Positions 42,128 through 59,899 of a DNA stretch of 64,000 nt are shown piece by piece. Positions within the stretch are counted from its first letter, which is position 1. Each line of letters begins with the position of its first letter. Location of the stretch: NCBI GenBank assembly GCA_965112735.1, contig OZ218965.1, positions 806,001-870,000 of the forward strand, in the 5' to 3' direction. The notes beneath the pieces were generated by a model. The model searched no databases, was not told the origin of the DNA, and saw only the letters and a list, made by a program, of their open reading frames with translations. This DNA comes from Phaeosaccion multiseriatum (lineage: Eukaryota; Protista; Ochrophyta, other classes). The position numbers and the translations under genes were made by a program.

Positions 42128-43108
42128 ATGACTGAAGCATTGGGATCATTTTCGTTTCTCTCTCGGTCATTGCTGCTTCTTCTTGTGGTGGTGGTTATGG
42201 CCAAGGGGGCCAATTGTCGCCTTGCAATTGTGACGGGCGGTACGCGCGGCATTGGACGTGGCATTGTGGAGAGCTTGATCGAGACGGGAGACTATGATCA
42301 CATCATAGCTTCGTACAATAGCAATCATGAGGCGGCAAAGGCTTTTGTACAAGCTATGGCTGAGGAGAAGGACGCCACCACAAAGATCCACTTGGTCGCT
42401 GGAGACTTGACATTGGAAGCCACGCGGGATGCCATTTTCAAGTGTGTCGACGAGGATTGTGCGGGGTCTAAGTTGGCTGTGGCGGTGCACAACGCCGGCC
42501 TGTACGTCGGTGTCACGAGTGGCGACACAGAAGACGGAGGGAAAGCGGGTCTAACGTTTGGCGATGGCAGTCTCCTGAAAGACGGCAAGCTTCAGACCGA
42601 CACCATGCGGTACTATCAAAAGCTTTACGGAGAAGCCTATATGGACTTGTGCGAGCGCAGCTTGGCGCGGATGCGAACATACGATGCAGCAAACTTTCAA
42701 GGATGTCTCATTGGCATCTCTTCCCCTGGGTGCAACTTGCTTCACCGTCCCGCTCCTGGCTACTCCATGCCTAGTTCGGGTAAGTGCTTGATGGAACATA
42801 CGATGCGTCTGTTTGCCAAAGCGGCGGCCCCGATCGGAGTCAATTGCAATGTCATCATCCCAGGCTTGACCCGGACCGAAGCGTGGGATCGACTTGCCGA
42901 GTCCAGAAGCCCAGGGGATAAGGGGGAAGAGCTATTGAACTTAGCTTCAAAGCGAGTGGCGTACAGGGACTCCGTTGTCGAACCGCACGAGATTGGCGAG
43001 GTCGTGGCCTTCTTGAGCCGTCCAAAGGGTGCAGGGCGCTTCATCACCGGACAGAGCATCAACGTCGACGGCGGATTAGGCCTCCTCGGACCGCCAACAG
43101 GGTACTAG
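42128..43108 (+). CDS. SDR, FabL/FabI-like, copy 3, intronless, hydrophobic N-terminal extension
   Basis: IVTGGTRGIG, VHNAG, YSMPSSGK, FITGQSINVDGG. Confidence 0.9.
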   Translation: MTEALGSFSFLSRSLLLLLVVVVMAKGANCRLAIVTGGTRGIGRGIVESLIETGDYDHIIASYNSNHEAAKAFVQAMAEEKDATTKIHLVAGDLTLEATRDAIFKCVDEDCAGSKLAVAVHNAGLYVGVTSGDTEDGGKAGLTFGDGSLLKDGKLQTDTMRYYQKLYGEAYMDLCERSLARMRTYDAANFQGCLIGISSPGCNLLHRPAPGYSMPSSGKCLMEHTMRLFAKAAAPIGVNCNVIIPGLTRTEAWDRLAESRSPGDKGEELLNLASKRVAYRDSVVEPHEIGEVVAFLSRPKGAGRFITGQSINVDGGLGLLGPPTGY

Positions 43109-43508
43109 AGCCTTGCCTTGTCGCGGCTGTTATGTATTGTTTCGACAGAGAACAGAGAAAAGAAATCACGTGTATGTAGAAGGAGCGAATCGAGGACAGA
43201 GAAAAAAGAAACTTACGTAGAGATACTAAGCCTCCGCACCGTCTACAGGCTTGGGGGAATCATGATGTTTAACACTCAACACTCAAAACGGACGGCGTAG
43301 ATTGTTCGGAAACCCTCCGGGCAGGCTCTGACAGAGGCTGCCTTCGGTCCTCCCTCTCTCCCCCTCCCTGACTAGAATGGACTAGTACCTTCTCAACTAG
43401 AATGGACTAATGCTTAATATCTCGTTGTTAGGTCGGTCGTTCGTGGTTGTAAGTGAATAAGTGAGTGAGTGGTTGTGCGTGAGTGAGTCAGTGAGTGAGT
43501 GCGTGGTC

Positions 43509-44004
43509 TTATTGCAAAAGCACCATCCACGCGATGAAGGTGTAGAAGAAGAAGACGGGGTACACGGCGAGTACCTTCCGCTCCGGTACGATGATCTGCT
43601 TGATGAAGATCACGGATGCTGTGGGGTAGGGTACGGTAGGGTAGGGTGGGGTGGGATAGGGTAGGGTAGGGTAGGGTAGGGTATGGTAGGGTAGGGTAGG
43701 GTAGGGTAGGGTAGGGTAGAGTAGGGTAGGGTAGGGTAGGGTAGGGTAGGGTAGGGTAGGGTAGGGTAGGATAGGGTAGAGTAGGGTAGGGTAGGGTATG
43801 GTGGGGTGGGGTGGGGTGGGGTGGGGTAGGGTAGGGTAGGGTAAGGTAGGGTGGGGTAATGTGGGGTGGAGTGTAGAAGGAAAGAGCGAAGGGGCGCGGG
43901 ATATGAGAAAGTGGTTTTCTGCTTCAAGTGGGCCAGGAGCAGACACAGATAGACGGAGAGAGAGGGAGAGAAAGAGAGAAAAGACAAGAGAAAGAGATAG
44001 AGAG

Positions 44005-44062
<58 letters not shown>

Positions 44063-46447
44063 AGAGAGAGAGATGCCGGTACTTCCCATTCCCTGTATAT
44101 TCGCACCTCTTGTGGACCACACAAAGCCCAGCACCACCATGATGAGGCGCACGATGAAGATGCTCCCGAGAAATAACTTGACGACGACAAGCACGGCGGC
44201 GGCCACCACGAGGGGAAACACTGAGTAGCCCAGGATGCACACACTTTGGAAGAAACTGGTGTTGGTATGTGTTGGTATGTGTTGGTGTTTGTGCGCGTGT
44301 GTGCGTGCGCATGCGCATGCGTGTGTGTGCGTGTTTGTATGTGTTGGTGTGTATGTGTGTGTAGGTGTGTGTATGTATGTGTGTATAGGGGTAGGTATAT
44401 GTGTGTAGAGAATCGGACACCGGAGGGAGGCGGTGGTTGGGGGGGGGGGCGCGAGGAAGAAAGTTCGGGATGGCAAAGGAGTTAAGTCAGAAGGGGGGCA
44501 CTTGGGTCGGTGGATGGTGAGCAGGGCCAAAGGCCCAAGTCAAGATGCAGGCACTCAGGCAGGTACTGAGGTAGGTGAGTGGTGAGGGTATACTCAGGTA
44601 GGTCGGTGGTGAGGACCAAAGGCTCAGGGTTGCTTGCTCGGGGATCGGCACAGAGAACGCATCACTCGTAGGGTATACCTTGTACCTTCCCCATCACTCG
44701 TAGGGTTTACCTTGTACCTTCCCCATCACTCGTAGGGTATACCTTGTATCTTCCCCTCAAGGGGACCTTCCCCTTTGCCTTCTCTCCTCTTTCTCTTTCT
44801 CCCCCCCTCTCCCTCTTTTCCCTCCCCCTCCCTCTCCCCCTCTCTCCTCCCCCCCCATTTTCTCCCCCCCTCTCTCCCTCTTTCTCTCTTGCTCTATCTC
44901 TCCCTCCCTCCCTCCCTCCCTCCCTCCCTCCCCCCCCCCCCCCCCCCCCTCTCTCTCTCTTGGTCGCTTCGTCGCACCTAATTGAGCCCCCGAGGAGCTG
45001 AGCATTGAGAGTGACTATGGCTGCTCCTGCCCACACCACCACAAACACGGCTGCGAACACCAGCGGGCCCTGCCAGCAGATTGGGTGGGCAGATTTTGGT
45101 AGATTGGGTGATTGGGTAGGCGGAATGGGGGGGGGGGGAGGAAAGGGATCATCAGTCAAAAGAAAGGGTGTGAGGGGGTGAGATGGATCGGTCTGGGAGC
45201 ACCTACAACGTAATGTCAATCAAGCCTTCCCCATATGCCCGGACCCCCCTCCGCCGCCTGCTTCAGAAGGGCGGGGGGTACACCAATCAATCAGACGGGC
45301 GGGGGGTACACCAGACCACATCAGACAAGACTCTATACTGAGCTACCACTCTACTGAGCTACTGCTCTACTCAATGCTTAGCTGTTGCTCTACTCAATCT
45401 TCCCACTGCTCAAGCTCGTGGGGGGGGCATGCCATTGATGAACTGGAAGTGAAACTGGAGCTGCACAACATTGTGAAACTCAAACTGACCTGCGAGGCCG
45501 GCGCGGTGGTGGATAGGATGATGGAGAGGGTGAGACACACCATCAGGGGCCCCCACAAATCCCATTCCTTCAGCTTCCGCAGCACATCTTCCTGGTCTGT
45601 GGGGAGGAGCACGATTTTTAATTTCGAGGCCACCTGTTTGACGTCACGCATCTGCAGGGAGGGGTGGGTTGCAGGTGTTATGTGGCACCGGAGAAGGGCG
45701 AGGAGGGAGAGAGGAGGGTGGTGAGACAGAGGGGAGAAAGAAACCATGCCTGAAGTTGGGCAGAGAGAGAGAGGAGAGGTTTGGAGGGATGGACGGATTG
45801 ATTGATCCAGAGGGGCACATGGGTAAGAAGGCAAGAGGAAAGAGATTGGGGGCGGGGAGCTCGAGGAGCGGACAAGTCCGGGCGCGGATGGCGGAAAGAT
45901 GAAAGTGAGTGAGTGAGTGAGTGAGTGAGTGAGTGAGTGAGTGAGTGAGTGAGTGAATGAGAGAGAGAGAGAGAGACGCCCCTTCCACGCCTACAGAGCC
46001 TTCCAAAGGTACCACGTAACGCCATATGCGGAGCATGGCACTTACAATGGTTTCCGACACGGGCTCGTCCAGTGTGTTGCTTCCGTAGCCAGGCCGGGGT
46101 ACGCCTGTTCAAGCGCGGAGAGACACGCACACAGAAGGAAATGAGACAGACGGAGAGAAAAATTGAAACGGGGAAGAGGAATCAATGCCTCAGCTGGTAG
46201 TGAGGCGAGAGGGTGAAGCTCCACAGCACCCTCGCAAACTCGAGCTGTGTTACAGCTGTAGACGTTCGATCGCAATCGTAATTCCACAGAGCGTTCGTTC
46301 CGGCTCTCTTCCCAACATCCCCTCGTCTCTTCCTTCTCTACGCCCCCTGAGGCTTCCATAGCACGATGCGCACAGTCTGCTTCGAGCGCAGTTCCTGGCA
46401 CCCATGATTTACTTACCCACAGGCTCCATGCTCCCCATTGGGTCCAT
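43509..46447 (-). CDS. YIPF6: Yip1-domain Golgi membrane protein (YIPF6/Yip4-like), 6 exons
   Basis: [86 protein letters not shown]. Confidence 0.92.
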
Positions 46448-46764
46448 TGTGGAGGTCTCCCTACCCTGGCCCAACCCACCCCCTCTCCTCCCTGCCGCGC
46501 TGCTCTAGCGCTGTTGCTTCTTTTGTTGCCGCCGCCGTCACCGCTGCCGAAACTACTACTTATGCCGCTGCTGTGACCAAGAAGGGTAGGTTTATTGACC
46601 GAGAAGGCTCTCGAGAAGGGGCGGGCGGCGGGGTGGCCGGGCGCGGTGGGCGAAGTGACAGATGGCGATGGATGCCCAACACGCGCACCAAGTTCCTCGA
46701 CAATCCAATTCTTCCTTCTTCCTTCTTTCCTCCCCCCATTATCGATGGGCAGAGGGCTTGAGTG

Positions 46765-48468
46765 ATGGTTTTACCCCGGCTTCTTGTGCTGCTACTCTCT
46801 GGAAACGTGGCCTCGGCTTTTGTTGCACCACCGGCCGGCATTGTGCTGCGAACTACTCGCTTTCCTGTTCACTCTAGGCTCTTTGACGCGGCTCGAGCCT
46901 CTATCCTTGTCGCCTCCTCCACCCTCAGCATGATCTCGGGAAGTGGAGCGGCCTCGCTGACGACGTCAGGCTCGGGTGTCGCAGCCATCGACAGCCACCT
47001 TCATGTGTGGGGCAATGGAGATGCGCCCTTCCCCTATGCAGAGGGAGGAGAGCCCCCAGCTTCACTCAGGGAGGCCTCGGGCCCGGACACTCTGTTGAGT
47101 CTCATGCACGAGAATTCAGTTCGAGGCGCGCTCATCGTACAGCCTATCAATTACAAGTTCAATCACGAGTGAGTGAATATTTAGGGGGGGGGTGTTGAGT
47201 GTTGAGGGGGCAAACGATCTATTTGAGTGAGTGAATCGTCGTAAGTCCCTGACACTTCCAATAGCGCGATGGTCGACGCAGTGTCCTGTATCGCAGCCCG
47301 AATGCTCCCCTAGCCCAGGAAGAATCCCCCCGTTTTTTTGAACTGACAGATTGCCGCCCCGCGCCCCTCCCTACCCTCCCCCATTGTCCGAAACTCGCTG
47401 CGCCAGCTACGTGCTTGACTGTATCCGTAAGCACCCCGGCCGCTTCAAGGGCATGTGCCTGGCCAACCCCAACCTCCCCGCGGAGGAGGCGTGCAAGGAA
47501 CTGGCGAGACTCCACTCGAAGGTATGGTGTGGTACTAATAATACACTGGATGACGGTTAGCTCCAGGCATATGAGTAATATTCTTATATTACGATCAGAT
47601 CATGTGTGTAGGACAGTGGTAGGAGCACGCCCAACACGGCACGACGCTGGCCTCCCTAGCCTCTCTTACTCGTACCTCTCCTCTCATTCGTACGTGTACG
47701 TTACTTGCCTGTCCTCTTCCCCCTCTTCTCCCTGCCCCACCCTCCTCCCCCCATACACTGCCATCTGGGCGGCTTGCTTGGCAGGGTTTCTGCTCTGTGC
47801 GGTTTAACCCCTACCTGTGGCCAGAAGGAGAGAAGATGAGTGACTCACGGGGCCTGGCAATGTTCCGAGAGTGCGGAAGATTGGGCATGCCTGTCGGGGT
47901 AATGTGCTTCAAAGGGTTCACCCTGCACTCGGCAGACATCACCAAGCTTCTGACGGAGGCCCCCGATACAAAGGTACGGCACATAACAGTATGTATATAT
48001 CCATCCGTACGTACCATGTACATGTATGAATACGTACATCCTTGAAGTACACGTGTACAGCGGATGGCAGCGGATGGTGGCTGGCCCGAGCACGAGGGTC
48101 GATGTTTTGATTGGCGTTGGGCACGGCAGGGTAGGGTCTGTTCAAACTGAGAGGAACACGGACGCTTCTCGCCACAACTCCTTGCTTGGCCCCGTGACGG
48201 ATGAATGCAAAGAGTAAATCAAGTTTCCCTCCCTCCCTCCCTCCCTCCCTCCCTCCCTCCCTCCCTCCCTCCCTTCCTAGGTGATTATTGACCATTTCGG
48301 GTTCTTCCGACAGGGCGAGGAGAACGACGAAGAGGCCTGGACGCAGCTGCTCGACCTCGCCAAGTTCCCTCAGGTACTGTACGAACGGGATGGTGCACCG
48401 AGTGAGGAGCTCTTACTGACATACTCACAACCACGTGGACTCACTCCTCAGTACTCGGTATAGAGTGC

Positions 48469-48504
<36 letters not shown>

Positions 48505-48531
48505 AAGATATAAATAGAAAGATAGATAGAT

Positions 48532-48564
<33 letters not shown>

Positions 48565-48659
48565 TTTCCCTTGCTACCCCACGCACAGGACCACGCGCCT
48601 CTCGGGATATGTATGAATGTATGTATGTATGTATGTATGTATGTATGTATGTATGTATG

Positions 48660-48693
<34 letters not shown>

Positions 48694-49425
48694 TGTATGT
48701 GTGTATGTATGTGTGTATGTATGTATGTATGTATGTATGTACGTATGTGTGTATGTATGTATGTATGTATATGTGTATGTATGTATGTATGTATGTATGT
48801 ATGTATGTCCTATCTGTCTTTCTATCTATCGAAGGAATGCACTTAACATTAGTTTGCGTCTGCGCTTGCGGGCGCTCTGTCTTGGCCTGGTGTCGTGCAG
48901 GTGTACGTGAAACTGTCAGCGCTCTTTCGGGTCTCCGCGACGGGGTTTCCTTTCAGCGACCTCCAAAGTCGAGTGAGTGGTCTCATTGAGGCCTTCGGGG
49001 CACAGAGGCTCATGTGGGGAAGGTGAGTGGAGTGAAGGAAGGAGTGAAGGAAGGAAGGAGGGAAGAAAGGAAGGAAGGAAGGAAGGAAGGAAGGAAGGAA
49101 GGAAGGAAGGAAGGAAGGAAGGAAGGGAGGAAGGAAGGGAGAGAGGGATGTCCCTTACTCACCCAGTCCCCCCCCCCCTCCCCGGCCCACTCCTCCCCTT
49201 CCCCCACCCACCTCAACCCTCTGGTTCTCCGCCCTACGCCATCTGTCTACACACCATAGTGACTTCCCCTTCGTGCAGGAGGCCAGCGGCGGTTACAACG
49301 GCTCCAAAGCGGCCCTTCTGAAACGCCTGATCAAGGAAGGAGAGGAGGAGCATTGGGTCATGCATCGCACCGCGGAGACTCTCTTCGGGCCGTGGGAGGA
49401 TACCCCATCCTCCTCCTCCTCCTAG
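46765..49425 (+). CDS. Amidohydrolase_2 family TIM-barrel hydrolase with bipartite plastid-targeting leader, 6 exons
   Basis: Signal peptide then ASAFVAP; IDSHLHVW, LIVQP, HPGRFKG, VRFNPYLW, IIDHFG, VYVKLSA, FGAQRLMWGSDFPF. Confidence 0.9.
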
Positions 49426-50019
49426 CTGGGCTCTTCGGGCCATGGGAGACCATGGGATATACTCTCAGCAAAAGTGGAGTGGGTGAGGCGAGAGAAACTC
49501 TCAGCTATTGAGAAATGTTACATAAACTAACGAGAGTGGATGGGGCGCCTGCTCTGCTCTACTCTCCCCCCTTTGGGCACCTTACTCTTTATTTTTTATT
49601 TTTTTAATTTAAAATTAATTTAATGCTATTATTTTGTACATGCCATGCGTCGGCCGTGCTGAACAACAAAACGTCGTGCACACACGTGCACGCTTCCTAA
49701 GGTCACTTCACTTCTTTCCAACAGAAAAAAAAAAGTCGTGCCGCAAAAAAGCCTCCGCAGTGAATACGGCGGTGAGGATGGCAGCGGATGGATGGATGAT
49801 GCAGGAGGAGCGAGCGCCGCCTACAATGGTCCGCCCATCGTTCTCCCTCCCTCCCGCCGGGGCAGGCCTAGTGCCTGGTGTCAGCCCATACGCAGCCACA
49901 CTCATTCTCCCTCTCCCTTCTCCTACTCAAAGGGCCAGATCGAGTGCCCTGCTGCTGTATCACCAACTGCCACCGCTGCTGCTGCTGTTGCTGCTAATGT
50001 ACAACCAGCTGTTGCATCA

Positions 50020-52911
50020 TCACATCTGCAGCTGCTCCTCCTTGTTCCTGTCCTCGAGAGCCTTCTTGAGGAACAGCTCCCCTGCCTTGTAGGAGGATCG
50101 CACCATTGGGCCACTCGCCACATATAGGAAACCGAGGGACTCCGCCACTCGCTGCCACTCCTCAAACGCAGCGGGGGTGATGTACTCCTGGAGGGTGGGG
50201 ATGGCAATGGATGGCAATGGATGGCAGTGGATGGGGGATGTGGGATGGCAGTGGGCGGATGGGAAGGGGGAGGGGCAAGATGAGGTGAGGTGAGACAAAG
50301 CTGAGGTAGGTATTGGTTCGTGCGCTTTCGGTCGGACATAAACCGATCGCCTGAGACAGACGACAGGCCTGTAACTAGCTCTGGCCCGATGGAAGGAAAG
50401 GAGGAGGAGGAGGAGGAGGAGGAGGAGGAGGAGGAGGAGGAGAGGGAGGAGATGGAGAGGGAGGAGGAGGAGAGGGAGGAGGTGAGAGAGAGACTGCGTG
50501 TGTATGGCACATACACATACACCCGCAGAGAGAGAGAGTGAGGTCTTAGTGAGGTTGTTTGTGACTCCCTCCCCCTCCCTCCCTCACCTTCATTGGCATA
50601 TGTCGCTTGGAGGGCCTCAGATATTGCCCAAACGTGACCACATCACACCCAACTGCCCTAAGGTCTCTTAGTGTGGCCTCCACGTCCTCCGGCTTCTCCC
50701 CACAACCCAGCATGAGGGACGTCTTGGTAATCACTTTGCCATTTGTGACTTTCTTGGCGTGGTCCAACACGAGAAGGGACTGCTCGTAGCCTGCACGATG
50801 GTCCCTGACGCGGCGTTGGAGGCGCTCTACGGTCTCGAGGTTGTGAGCGAACACGTCCAGACCTGAGGTGGCGACCTGCAGGGGAGGGGGGGGATGGCAG
50901 TAGATGGGGAGGGAAGGAGGGGTTGAGGGAGGAGGAAGGGATACATGCACTTGAAGAGATTTGAAGAGATGAGACGGAACTTCAAATCAGATCTATAAAT
51001 AAAGCGAAGCCTCCACCCCCCGCCCCGCCCCCCGAGTGAGTGTCAGTCCCCCCCCCCGTAGCAGCGCGCTAGCTAGTGTCAGCACTCACCTGCTCGATGA
51101 GGTCCAGTTCCCCGCGGAAGTCTGGTGTGAGGCACTCGACAAGCATGGAGGGCTTGCGCTCCTTCAAGCCGCGGACGGTGGCAGCAAAGTGTCTGTGTGT
51201 GGAGGGAGGGGGAGGGAGGGAGAGAGAGAGAGGCTACTCTGTTACAACTCCCACTCAGTCACTCAGTCACTTAGTCACTCATCCTGCCCCCTCACTCACT
51301 CACTCACTCACTCACTCACTCACTCACTCACTCACTCACTCACTCTCTCACTCATTCACTCAATCAGTCAGTCAGTCACTCAGTCAGTCAGTCAGTTAGT
51401 CAGACGGTGGCAGCAAAGTGTCTGTGTGTGGAGGGAGGGGGGAGAGAGAGAGAGAGAGGCTACTCTGTTACCACTCCCACTCAGTCACTCAGTCACTTAG
51501 TCACTCATCCTGCCCCCTCACTCACTCACTCACTCACTCACCCACTCACTCAGTCACTCAGTCACTCAGTCACTCACTCTCTCTCTCACTCATTCACTCA
51601 TTCACTCATTCAGTCAGTCAGTCAGTCAGTCAGTCAGTCAGTCAGTCAGTCAGTCACCCTGGTCCTGTCCAGTGTGCCTACACTCAGACACTCCGTCACT
51701 CACTCACCCTGCTCCTTGGTCGTCAAGTTCGTCCCTGTCCACTGAAGTGAGCACCACGTAGTCCAGTCCCCAAGCAATGATGGCCTTGGACACATTCTCG
51801 GGTTCGTTGGGGTCCAGGGGGGGAGGGGCACGCGAGGTCTTGACTGCACAGAAGCTGAGGGACACCCACACAGAGAGAGAGAGAGGGGGGGGTGGGGGTG
51901 AGAGGGAGGGGGTGAGAGAGAAGAGAGGGTGAGAGAGAGAGGGTGAGATGAGAGAGAGAGAGAGGGTGAGAGAGAGGAGGAGGAGAGAAAGTGGAGAAAG
52001 AAATATACAGAGAGGGGGACGGGGGAGACGGGCGGGTGAAGCGGGGAGGAGGACGAGGTGGAGGACAACGAATGGATAGAGAAGAAGAGTGAAGTAAGCA
52101 ATACGCGATGAGCCTTCCTGTGCTCACTAGCTGGCTGCTGCTGATGGCTAGTGCTTTGGGAGACACGACGAGCACAGCAAGGAAAGGGTATTTTGTCCCA
52201 CCCACGCCTTTCGTGGTTGGTCAGTTGCCCCGTGACGAGCAGGGCCCCCACACCTCCCCCCACCCCCCCCCGTTCATTGTCCTACCCAAGCCTTTCAGTG
52301 GTTCGCTAGTCGCCTCGCGACAACCCCCAGCCCAGCTAGTCACCACATCCCGGGAAACCCCACGCACGCACGGACCTGCAGCCCCGCGTACAAGTATCCC
52401 CCATAATCATGATGGTGGCTGTGGCTGTGCCGTCTGCGCCTCCCCAGCACTCGCCAATGTTAGGGCATTGCGCCTCTTCGCAGACCGTGGCCAAGCCCAG
52501 CTCCCGCACCGTCTTTCGTAAGCGGTCGTAGTTGTCCCCCTTGGCAGGAATGGCCTTGAGCCAGGGGGGCTTTCGGTGCACGATTTTGCCGCTCTTGTCC
52601 TTGTTCTTCTTGGGCACCTGGGTGCCGTACACCACGCCGTCTTGGAAGGAGAGCCCGCCCAGGAGTCTGGCAGAGGTCTCTTCATCCTCCGACCGCAGGC
52701 GCTTCCGCAGCTCCTCGAGACGGCTCCCTCGCAGCGACTTGGTCTCTGTCACCTCCACATAGTCCTCCCCCCCAGTGGTCCTCTGTTGCTGCAAGTCTGT
52801 GGACAAGGCCCTCCTGTGGCTCCGCGTCAGTATCCCTCCTCCTCCGGCGCTGCTGCTGCTCCTGCTTGTTGTCTGCGCAAGGCGCCTTACGCAGCCGGAG
52901 AACTGCTGCAT
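50020..52911 (-). CDS. LIAS: Lipoyl synthase (radical SAM), probably mitochondrial, 5 exons
   Basis: [73 protein letters not shown]; Arg/Ser-rich N-terminal presequence. Confidence 0.96.
51174..51600. repeat. ~229-bp tandem duplication spanning a LIAS intron/exon junction
   Basis: GACGGTGGCAGCAAAGTGTCTGTGTGTGGAGGG..GGCTACTCTGTTA..CATCCTGCCCCCTCAC starts at both 51174 and 51403. Confidence 0.9.
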
Positions 52912-53213
52912 GTCCTCTCCACTCTGGCTGAGGGAGGAAGGGTGGGGGAAAGGCAGCGCGACGCTCCTCCGCTCTTTACACCCTTTGTGCTACCGCTAGC
53001 TCAGTATCACGAGGGAGACAGGTAGAGAAGGCGAGAGAGAGAGAGAGGTTCATGTGCTTTTTCTCCCAATTCCCCTCCCAAAGTCGTGGCGGACACTCGC
53101 CATCTGTGTCGTGTGTACCATCAACTGCACGATGGATGTTTGTTTTTCTCTTCTCACTTTATTTGGTGTGTACTAAATGCTATGCTACGTCGGAAACTCA
53201 ACGGGACAGAAGA

Positions 53214-59037
<5,824 letters not shown>

Positions 59038-59899
59038 GACATGAGACTTGAGGACGGAGCACAGCAAGGTGGAGGGGGTGAGGGGGTCCAACAGATGCGC
59101 CTGTTTGCCTCTCCTTTCCTTTCCTTTCCTCTTTGGATAGGCCGATCCGTCGGTGTCCCTTCGCCGGTTCGCTTCGCTCTTCTTCTCCCCCACACCCTCG
59201 CCAGTTGTGAGGTCAATCATGAGTAGGCACCCACCGAGTCAGTCAGAGCAGCAGAGGTGCGCACCAAGGTCTCAAAGAGGAGAGCCGCCGCCGGCCTCAA
59301 GTCCTCTCCCATCAAAGTGTCCTGTGTCGCCCGCGGTAGCAGTCTGGTGTTCAGCCCTCAGACATACATACATACATACATACATATAGACATACATACG
59401 TAGATACATACATACATGCATACACACAGACGACTTGTGCTGACCAAGCTGCCATCTCTCCTCCACCGCTCCGCCAGCAGCCACGCTCCTGCGAGGACTT
59501 AACGTGCGCCTCTCCTGCTGCCCCGACCAGTGCCCCGACCAAAGCCGCAAGCAGAGTCACAGATGGCAAGCAGAGTCACAGATGTCTGTCTCTTCGTTGC
59601 CCACCTCAGACAGCACTGCAGAGATAGCCCATATCACCCCTCGTGAGGATGCGCTCGCTCGCTGGTCCCCTCCTTGCCCCCAGCTGAAGCCCCTCGAGCG
59701 AGAGCACAGCCGTTGCATAGTACTACGAAGTACGAAGTAGGTTTCCCTGCCATCTCCCATGCCCTCCCCTCCCTGTTCCCCTCCACTCCCTGCCGGGCTA
59801 CCCATAGATGCATGCTTTCTCCTCCCCCATGCATCGACCGTCTGCCCCTCCTCCTCTGTGCCCTGTAGGGTGTGCTCGTCTGCTGCTCGAGCACTCGCT

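Noticed and set aside
43621-43860. Telomere-like (GGGTA)n tract
   Set aside because: It is a pentamer microsatellite inside a YIPF6 intron, one of many intron repeats, and not a TTAGGG/TTTAGGG array.
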